Origin: Vitrella brassicaformis CCMP3155
Taxonomy: Eukaryota; Protista; Chromerida
Reading direction: 5' to 3'
Length of the DNA: 64,000 nt
Assembly (NCBI GenBank): GCA_001179505.1
Contig: CDMY01000531.1
Span: 287,130-351,129, forward strand
Shown: positions 54,299 through 64,000 of the stretch, one piece after another
Numbering within the stretch: the first letter of the stretch is position 1
Layout: every line of letters starts with the position of its first letter
Position numbers and translations under genes: made by a program
The notes under the pieces: model-generated
The model's input: only the letters and a program-made list of their open reading frames with translations
Databases searched by the model: none
Told to the model about the DNA's origin: nothing

Positions 54299-54848
54299 CA
54301 CTGATCGCTGATGCGACGAGGAGAGAGCCGTAAAGGGTGCGGGTGGGGTGCGTCGTGTTTCTAGAGAAACGCATAGCACATTCTTGAGTGGATAATTGGA
54401 TGGATGGATGGATGGATGATAAGCTGACGGACGGTTGACTTCTCTCTTGTGCACCGTGAAGGACATGTGTGTGTCTTCACGAGCAAGCAAGCATTAATTA
54501 GCCCGTAGGTCACTCCCACGCTGGGAATTAGCCGACAAATCCACGCGAGACATGAATCAAAAGGACTACGGAATATAAAACGCAGGCAGCGATGGCGGCT
54601 GAGGCCACACTTGTCGTAGTCAGCGTCTCTCTGTCTGTCTGTCTGTCTGTCTGTCGGGCTTCACTACTGCCCTCTGACGCACCGCATCCATGTGGCTCGG
54701 CTCGCCACGCCCGCTGCACCCACCCGTTGGCCTGCCCTGACTTCACTCCACTACACCACCGACTGCACACACCGCACCGTCCCTCTCCCCACCCCATCCC
54801 ATCCCACGTGCGGCTGCGATCGGTCGATAAGTCAGTCCACCCTCTAAT

Positions 54849-56869
54849 CTAGTAGGCACGGGCCATCTGGAGGTAGGCCTCCACCCTCACACTCACACAC
54901 ACGTCGGCGATGGTCTCGTCGCAGTACTGCCGCACCAGCTGCTTGAGCACCGAGGGCTCTGGTGGCCGGCCCTTGTCGTCGCTGCTGCAGCACTCGGCCC
55001 ACAGCGCCACGGCGCGCTCCTGCCGCTCGGTGGTCGACAGCCGCCGGGCCTCCTGCCTGATGTCCGCCACGGCCCTCTGGTACATGCCCACCGCACGCCT
55101 GGCGGCCTCGTCGCCCAGGTCCGCCTCGGCGAGGTGCCTGAAGTGGTGCAGCACGGCCTGCAGCTTGTCGGTGGCGAAATGGCGGAGGTGCCCGGCGGAC
55201 ACCGGCAGCTTCCTCTCCTCGTTCACGGCGAATGTGGCGGGGGTGTAGTCGCTGACCTCCTTGACGTCATAGCCCCACTCGTAGCCGTCGCCCCTCGCCC
55301 ACGTCTGCAGGTGGTGCAGTGACAGGTTCGGCGGGGCCGGGTGGCTCTGCAGGGAAAGGAAGCGGGTGGGCGGCTGGGGGCCGGGCGTGCCGTCCTCTCT
55401 GCATTTTGCTGTGGGGTGTCGGGCCCACACGACCTTGCGCAGGCTCTCCAGGTCGATGACCTTGAGCCCGCCGGTGGCCTCGTCCGCCACCAGCAGGTTG
55501 CCGTAGTGGTAGTCGTTGTGCGTCACGCCCAGGGCGTGCAGCCCAAGCATGCACAGCAGCACGTTGACCCCCACCACGGCACCGTAGTCGTCGCTGCCAC
55601 ACGTCGAGTCGAAAATCACGTCCTCGAGCTCCTTGCCTGCACACAGACAGACAGACAGACAGACAGACATACGGATACAGATTGAGACAGAGAAATGACG
55701 CGACACAAACATCTGTCCCTCTTTGTGTAGTGTCTGTCTATCTGTCTCTCTGTCGGCGAGTGAGTGGGAGGGTGCGTACCGTTGCCGACTTTGTCAAATA
55801 CGGCGTAGTGGTCGCCGAAGTGGCCCTGCCCCTCTGTCTGCGGCTCTTCGGGCTGCCTGTTGCTGCGGATGTGCNNNNNNNNNNNNNNNNNNNNNNNNNN
55901 NNNNNNNNNNNNNNNNNNNNNNNNNNNNNNNNNNNNNNNNNNNNNNNNNNNNNNNNNNNNNNNNNNNNNNNNNNNNNNNNNNNNNNNNNNNNNNNNNNNN
56001 NNNNNNNNNNNNNNNNNNNNNNNNNNNNNNNNNNNNNNNNNNNNNNNNNNNNNNNNNNNNNNNNNNNNNNNNNNNNNNNNNNNNNNNNNNNNNNNNNNNN
56101 NNNNNNNNNNNNNNNNNNNNNNNNNNNNNNNNNNNNNNNNNNNNNNNNNNNNNNNNNNNNNNNNNNNNNNNNNNACCCACAGGGCACAGACATCGGTGAC
56201 CCGGGCGACGGAGACGGGCTGCACACGCCCCGCGGCTCGTCCGCTGTATTGGACCCGACACACGGCTCGCCCACTGACAGACCTGCACATAGAGAGAGCA
56301 ATGGAACGCAACGAAGAGACAACAGACATACGACAGTCAAACTCATGACCATCAACCAATCACACTGACTGACCAGTCCGTCAGTTACCTTGCTGCGATT
56401 TGCTATCGTCGGCCGTAGACCCCGCTACGTCCCGCGTGGCGATGCTAAACGTGCTGCTGCTGCACAGAGGGTGGCTGATTGGGGTCTCCACCTCGCCCAA
56501 GTCGGCCAGCCACTCATCGCGCTCCTCACCCTCCCCCTCTCCCTCTCCCTCCCCCTCTACTGCCGGGCTTGGTGCTCCCGTGGCCTCTCGGCTGCTGCCG
56601 CCGTCGCTGGCGTGGTTGTAGGGGAGGCGTGTGGCGGCCGTGTTGCTGAGGTGCGGCAGGGGGAGGATGCTCGGCTCCTCCTCGCCCACGTCGGCGCACA
56701 CCTCATCCGGCTCCTCAGCCACCGGCATCTCTACGGCCCTCTCCCGCACGGCAGTGTGCCGCGGTCGCCACCAAACGAAGCCCAGTCGTCTTTGCCACCG
56801 CTGGTGTGTGTGGTGGCGGTGGTCTTGTTTGTGGCACGGCTGGGCAGGGGAGGTCTGCCGGTGATCCAT
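54849..56869 (-). CDS. Atypical protein kinase, most complete copy (3 exons; exon 2 spans a gap)
   Basis: Phase-1 introns at about 56387-56284 and 55778-55638. Exon 3 contains HNDYHYGNLL and KVIDLE and is open to the stop at 54849. The start is uncertain (56869 or ~56730). Confidence 0.75.
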
Positions 56870-58419
56870 GCCGACGGGGTGGGTCACGGTCTTGGTGTGC
56901 TGTTGGTGTCGCTGTCGTGAAATGGCACGGCTGGCGAGGGGACGGCTGAACCTGATCCGTGCCGACGGGGTCTTGCTGTCGCTGTTGTGTTGCTGTGCTG
57001 TAGACAAAGGCGAAGGACGCTGACAGTATGTCGCTGCTGTTTCCTCTCTCACTCCTCAACGAGCCGTTTGTTGCGAGCGGAAGGGCGATGCGCAAGGAGG
57101 ATTGAACGAATGCCAAATGAGAGGCGTTGTCTGAGAAATAAATAAGCAGTCTCAGAAGGTACGTCTCCCGTCGAGAAAGACGCGCTTCTCGCAGGGAAAC
57201 CAACGGATAACGAGCCAGCTGGCCGGCTGCGATTCCTCTCGGCCGCCACAGCCTTCTGTAAAATGCCATGGATGAGGCGGAGAAGGCGTCGTGTCGAATC
57301 ACTCACTCCCCAAACGCGGCGAGGCTTTGGACGTGCAACGGCCGGAAAGGTTATGGCTGCTGTGTGTGCAGTGTGTCCTTCTGTTGGCCGTCAGTGTGTG
57401 GTGCCGACAGCTCTCGCCATGCGACTGTTGGCAGCGACGGCATGGCCCTCATCCCAAATTAACACACACTACCGAGACGGCGTACGCACACCACAGACAT
57501 CGACACGCATCTCTCTTGCCGTATGTGTGTGCAGGTACGTGGAAGGCCGTCATTGGCGATGTTCCTCAGGCGACTGACCGGCTGGCGTGTTGGCTTTGTT
57601 CTGGTTCAACAGTCGGTCGGTGTCGAGCTCAGATAGACAACTCTTCAGGGGCTGGTCTGTCTATCTGTATTGAGTGTCCTGTCGGTGTGTGAGTATGGAC
57701 TGGAGCAGCGACGGACCTCTGCCGCACTCAGTGTATACATAGCACGGCAGGGCATTCATCGACAGCAGCGACGGGAACAGCCAGCACATGAATGAAGAAA
57801 AAGAAGGGCAGAGACTGCCAGGGAGGCAGGCAGGCAGGCAGCCTGAGACAGGCAGGAATTGTCCGCAGAGACATGCATATATACACAGCCAGAGGCTTGG
57901 AAGCGCCCACGGCAGAGAGCGGCTTGGCCTCAGTACATGTAAGGAAGCGACCGACTGTGTGTGTTGGTCCTCTGGCAAGGGAGGCGGGCAGTCCCAACCA
58001 ACGCATACAGAGGGGAGGGAAACGGAGGGAATGAGTGAGTGGATTGCGCTGTTGTGCCATGAATCGGTTTTGTCGGTGAGACGAGACACACCCTGACGCA
58101 CATGATTATTGGATTACGTGAGTGGTGCTTGTTCTCTCCAGCCCGACACACCAGCCACGTCGTGTTCCTTGTCTCTGCAATTGGTCCGTGCCCCTCTTGT
58201 GTCTCAAGACCAGTCATCCATCCCTCGTTCTGGCGGTGTCTATTCTCGTCTCTCCCTGTCTCTCCCCGTCCCTCCCTCCCTCCCACCTGAAGCCCTTGCA
58301 CACGACAGACGCACCTTCGCCCCCACCACTCCTCGCAAGACTAGTACATCCAAGCTTACGCCGTCCGATCAGATGACCCAAAACCAGCAGCGCACACAGA
58401 CGCTAAGGCACAGGGACGT

Positions 58420-60523
58420 TTACAGTATGTCAGATAGCTTCATCCCTTCAGCAGCCAGCTGCTGAACGAATAGAGTCACTGCGGCAAAATGCACAGGGGA
58501 CTCATCCACAACAGCGCTTTGCTTATCGCCTTCTCTTGTACCGTGGTTAGATAATCCGTGGGTCCCGTCGAGCTCGCGGAACACTGAGACAGTCAATCGG
58601 CTGGGCAGTTCATGGCCAATTTGCATGAAATCTCGGCCACTATCACAGCTCATGCCGCTCTCTGAGTCGAGCTGTGATAGTGATGTCCGAAATTGTTGTT
58701 GCCACTGCCATTGCCGTCTTTGCTGATCCTCTTGTGGGTTCACGTGTGGGTTCCGGTTCCACTCTTCCCAGATGACGACAGCAACCTTGACGCCCGTGAG
58801 TCCAGGAGATGATAGCAGAGTCTGTTTTGAAGGATCATGTGAGGACACAGATGTCGATGGAGCTATAGGCCTACGTGGACTTCAGAGTAGAGGCTCTGAT
58901 TGTACGGATCGACGACATAGATGATGCCAGCAGGCTTCTTCTCGGCAGCATGAGACATGCACTCTGCAGCCAAACACGCGAGATGTTTGCTAGGCAAATG
59001 AGATGTCAATCGCTACAGTACCCTCAAACGAGACCCCCTTCATTCGGAAGAGTTGGTTTTTCTTGGTGGGCACACCGGGATACAAAATAGAAGCCGGGAA
59101 GAACCAGTCGAGCTCATCCGATTTCTTGTTGAACACTCTGCCTGAAGGGTATTGGCCTGAAGGACACAGAGTTTCAACCCGGTCCTCGGACTGTCGCGAT
59201 ATCTTTAATGCTATGTATGGTATCTAAACATCAGGTCCTCACCTGATGCACGTTGGTGATCTGAAGGTGACTTTTCCCATTCCAACACGTGCTCCAACAT
59301 CTTGAATGCGTCAAACCCGCCAGTCTGATGTCTGTACTGTTGAATCGGCTGTCCGCGAACCAGGTAGACCATCTTCAATGGCTGGTGGTCACCCCACGGG
59401 TCCTCTCCAAGGGTGGTGCCCAGCGGTTGGCCACCGCCAGACAGGTTTACCTGTCCCGTGACGCCAGCGAGGGCCTGCATGGCGTCGTTGAGCTGCTTGA
59501 CTCTGGCCAGTGCAGCGTCTCGCTCGGCGGCGAAGTCATTGCTGGTCGTCTTGTCCTTCAGATTGCCGAGGGCGATGTTGAGCTTAATGAAGTTGTCCTC
59601 AAACTGCTGCAGGGCCCTCATTGAAGCGGGGCTGCCGCCAAACAACTCGTACTTCTTTGCGACGGGGCCCATCTTGTCGTTCAGGCGCTCAGCAACATCA
59701 AGCCACGGCTCTTGTTGGTTGTCTTGTGCGAACTTCATCGCTGCTTGGTACTCTTCCCCTAAAGCCTTCGACTTTTTTTCGAATTCCGCCAAGTCGAAAG
59801 CAGAGGTTCCGTCCACGGCTGCAACAAATGGCAGATGTACTACGTCTTCCATGCTGCAGGAGACTCACCGTATAGGCTGTCTCCTATCGACCGCTGCTCC
59901 TCGCTGAACTTCGTTTGGAGCTCTGTCCACAGACGCTGCTGCTCTGCGCTACCTGAAGTAAAAGACAACGCATCAATTGCACGATTGCAATATCGCATTA
60001 TTGCAGTTCAGCGGGTACCTTTGACCTCTTGTGCAATGTCCTGCGCAATCTTCCAGAAGCCTTTTGCATTGGGGTCACCTGGCAGCCACAAACAACAGCG
60101 TGAGGTGCTCTCCCGTCCCTTCTCCATCGTGATACCGAAAGGCTTCCCGAGTTTGTAGACGAGGTAGTCATTGAACTGGTCAGGTGTGATGTCATGGAGC
60201 TCGACTTCCATGCGGAACGCCGACACAATCTTTTCAATGGGCCAGTTGATGTCCAGCCAGATGGCCTTCCACGCTTGTGCCTCCGTGTCGAACACCATCT
60301 CCATCCACTTCCCAACCACAACAAGTTCGTCCGCCCCCACGCGCTCTTTGATGTCCTTGACGATGTCCTTGTTCGTCTGTTGGAGCTCCTGGATGTGCTT
60401 CAAAATGGCCTCAAGGCCCGTATCCTCCTTGCCTGTCATCACGCGTTGCCTCTCCTCTTGGGGGTCCGCTGAGACGGAGAGGGGGCCCCCAGGCCCCCAC
60501 AAGCTCGCGGCTCTCCCAGGCAT
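58420..60523 (-). CDS. Hypothetical multi-exon helical protein with a degenerate small-GTPase-like C-terminal segment
   Basis: ORFs 60008-60565, 59211-59852 and 58420-58848 join through short in-frame GT-AG exons. PAGIIYVVDP...LLSSPGLTGVKVAVVI. Termini are uncertain. Confidence 0.55.
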
Positions 60524-60649
60524 TCCGTGACCCGCTCTCTCAAAGGCAAGCCAGATCTTCCTCACCTCCGTCGTCCGTTCAGCCTCTATCGATCGTCAGC
60601 CTCCATCGCCTTGACCAAGCTCCACCACGAGGTCTACAACCACGTGAAG

Positions 60650-62668
60650 ATGGTCCTCAGAGTCTCTGAAGCCTTGACGGTCTTCCCCGACGACAGAACA
60701 GAATCATTCAAGGATTCTAGGGCGACCTTCTACAGGGCGGAAGACAGAGAGGTGAATATCCCGAACGATGGCGAGAAGCAACTCCCAAAGGCCCCGGAGG
60801 GCGACAACAACAGCCACGTACTTTCCAAAGATGTCGCAGGCCATCTCCTGACCGTCCTCGGCTACACCGACAAGAAGGACGCGGCGCTCATCAAGGAACT
60901 TGCCAAAAAAGTCATCAACTCAAAGGAGAACATCGTGCAGAAGCCCAGAAGTGAGAACCATCCAGGAGACACCAACAAAGACAACGCAATCATCGACGCA
61001 ATCCATGGCGACGGCGTCATGTACATCAAGGATGGCGTGAGAGCTCGAGGGCAGGAGGTGCTGAACATGTTGAATCAGCACGTTGAAGAAAAGGCGCCAC
61101 TGCTAACAGAAAAGGCGGCACAGGCACTCAGAGACGTGCGCGACGTATACGAGGTATTAGCGGACAATGTGAGAATACAGATGTGCCATTGCAAGTACAA
61201 GTATCCTCCCTGACTTCTTTGCAGGAGAAGTTTAAACAGAGAGGTCACTATGACAAGGAGACCGGCACTGTGGAAACCATTGCTAGTGAGACATATCACG
61301 CGTCTCCGTCTACCGAGATGAGCAAAAATGGGCAGCCCGTCTTCATCGGCGACAAAGGGGGGGTAAGCATATGTTTGACCTACTCATTCTGTCTCTCACC
61401 ATCGTCTATTCGTGCAGCGTTTCTACATCAATGGCAAGGGACATCGTCAGTACGTCAACAAGGAGGACACCGTCCCTCGGACATTTTCAAATGAACCTCC
61501 GAAAAATACCCCTGCTGCAGAAAAAGCTGACACGACGGCGTTCGACAAGAAACCCGCTCCACCCCAGGTGAACAAAAATACGCAGTCAGCCAGAGGAAAA
61601 GCGATGTCCTCTGCGCTTTCTGAATGACAGGAGACATTGGAAGAAAGAGGGCACTACGATGGTAAGACCGGCAGTGTAAAGACGATCGCCGGTGCGACGT
61701 ATTCGGCATCTCCATCGACCCTCAAGGCTAAGAACGGGCAGCCGATCTTCGTTGGCCCCAGAGGCGGGGTAAGTCTTCAATCGGCCTTAATGACCACACT
61801 TTAGTGACCACACTCTACTGAATGCCTGTCTTCACTGTCTATGCAGCTCTTTTACATTGATGGAAAGGGGCGTCGTCAGTACGTGGACGAAAAAGACGCC
61901 ATTCCTGAGACACAGACCAGGCCTTTGAGAATGGCAGACGATGCGAAATCCGTTCCCACTGCCGATACGGTCTCCGGCAAGGGCATCGGTGAGGGCAAGC
62001 CAATCGGCGTGAATGCGAAGGGCGAGACGGTGTTCGAAGGACCGAAGGGCGGTCGCTACATAGTGGACGCCAGCAACAATCGCCACTATCGTGCCGAGGT
62101 GCAGTCCAATCAGGTGCCTTCCACCGGCAGCACCACTGGAACAGGCTCTTACACCAACACGGGCACTGTCAAGGAGGTTGGCACCAACAAAAAGGGCGAG
62201 CCTGTGTATGAGGGCCCACTCGGAGGTATATTTACAATAAGCCAGAGCAACACCCGACGCTATGGAGCCCACGTGGAGAGATATCATCCTCAGCCCATCA
62301 CAAGCACAGCCAGCAGCATCCCCGCGGCCAGTGCAAGCAGCGGCTCGACGGGAGTTGGGAGCGGAACTCTGATCGGGCACACAACCCGCGGCAATCCAGT
62401 GTATATGGGGCCGCAAGGAGGCCAATACACCGTCAGCGCTGAGGGCAATCGCGGCTACAGCGCCAATGCTGCGTACACCTTGAGCAGCGAAGGAACCGGC
62501 GGAAACTCGAGTGGCGGAGGGGGAGGCTATACGAGTGGGCAGGGAGTGGGGAGCGGAACTCTGAGCGGATACACATCTGGCGGCAATGCCGTCTTCACGG
62601 GACCTCGCGGTGGCACCTATACCGTCAGTGCCTCGGGCAATCGCAGGTACGGAGCCAAGGCGGTGTGA
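60650..62668 (+). CDS. HNH-like nuclease motif fused to six PBCV-type basic adaptor repeats
   Basis: Introns at 61154-61224, 61363-61417, 61568-61630 and 61769-61846, all in frame. NSHVLS...INSKENIVQKPRSEN; six G-x-P/T/A-V/I-F/Y-x-G-x-x-G-G-x-F/Y/F...R-x-Y repeats. The true start may lie upstream. Confidence 0.75.
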
Positions 62669-63710
62669 AGGCCCGAGGGGAGGGATGCGTACCCACCAAA
62701 TGTGACACGAGGGCAAGATGGGCTATAGGGCGATGGGTGTTCCTTCATGTCTCGGTGTCACCTGTGTCTCCTTATCTGTTCTGCTTGTTGGGAGAGAGGG
62801 CGTGATTGTCGGTTCGTGTGGCCCTGTTTCATCTCTTTGCCTGGTCGGGCTGTGGTAGGGAAGGATGCATGTGTCTTTGCCTATTGCGTTTGCGGGCCCG
62901 TCTGAATAACTGTTCAATGCAGCTGCGAGAGATTGATGGTGACAATGCAGAGAGGGCACAGGGCGCGATGAGATGAAAGAAGAAGGAATCAGCTGAGGGC
63001 AAGAAAGGCTGCATGTATGGCGAGGGATGTGGTGTTCATTCATGTCTTTTGTCGCTTGTGTCTCCTTAGCCGTTCTGTCTGACTGTCGGTCTTGTCACGC
63101 AGCAGTGGGTGCGAGGGATGAGAGAAGGGGAAGAATGGTGACGTGCAGGGGCTTTGATGTCTGGTCTGGTCTGGTCTGGTTGGCTGTCTGTATGAGGGAG
63201 GGAAGGACGGGTGGCTGTGCTTGTCGAGCGTGCGGCGATGTGTCTGATCAATGCAGTTTCTTGAAGGGGTGGACTGATGAGACAGACTACCATGTGTAAG
63301 CGTGCACACGCCCTTTCGCGCACTGCGTAATGGTACACAGGCACGTGCAAAGACAAAATACGTACCGAATGGCTCTTGCACCCATCATTAGCAGCACGGG
63401 AAAAATGAGTACTGTTAAATATTTATACTGGTGGTGGTTCTTGAGTCACGTACGGTGCGAACTGCATTCACTCATTCATTGAATGTCTCGCTCGCGTTAC
63501 ATAGTACATAACACAGACAGATCGATCCGGGTGGACAAGCTGGATGGATGGATGGATGGATAAGCTGACGGACGGTGCGTGGCCTGACTTCGCTCTTAAG
63601 AACATGTGTGTACACATGGGTGGGCGGTTGATTAAGCCATCGTCTTCCCTCCCGTAGGTCACTCCCACGCTGCGAATTCATCAGCCGACACAACCACGCG
63701 AGACATCAAT

Positions 63711-64000
63711 CTAAAGGACTACGGAATATAAAACGTAGGCAGCGATGACCGGTGAGGCCACACTTGTCGTAGTCAGCGTCGTCCATGGTGCTGCCACGTG
63801 GGGGCCGGGCGTGCCGTCCTCTCTGCAGGGGGCTGTCGGGCGTCGGGCCCGCAGGATCTTGCGCAGGCTCTCCAGGTCGATGACCTTGAGCTCGCCAGTG
63901 GCCTCGTCCGCCACCAGCAGGTTGCCGTAGTGGTAGTCGTTGTGCGTCACGCCCAGGGCGTGCAGCCCAAGCATGCACAGCAGCACATTGACCCCCACCA
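63711..64000 (-). pseudogene. Further atypical kinase copy, internally deleted and running off the window
   Basis: HNDYHYGNLL and KVIDLE, then REDGTPGP joined directly to the VAAPWTTL module. Confidence 0.75.

Overview
Eukaryotic, GC-rich, intron-dense genomic window. Introns are short and packed with (CA)n/(GA)n/(GACA)n/(GGAT)n, and there are five gaps of exactly 300 N. Gene content and intron style suggest a chromerid alveolate (Vitrella-like); this is an inference. All exon structures were spliced by hand, so boundaries are approximate. Housekeeping genes: a single mitochondrion-targeted PanB-PanE-PanC fusion, coatomer zeta, mitochondrial Hsp70, topoisomerase III beta, homocysteine S-methyltransferase, Trm5 and a GRIP golgin, mostly arranged head-to-head. 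Accessory content: a two-domain GPI-type phytocyanin, two clusters of secreted paralogs, and a rearranged multi-copy atypical-kinase unit (8.6-16.5 kb, 54-57.8 kb, 63.5-64 kb) with a restriction-like-endonuclease fragment on the opposite strand. Between the last two kinase copies lies a gene joining an HNH-like motif to six PBCV (chlorovirus)-type basic adaptor repeats. Non-coding signals: a 31-bp uninterrupted hairpin whose non-Watson-Crick pairs are all G.U, a recurrent AGCTCGCA motif near start codons, and several GC-AG introns.
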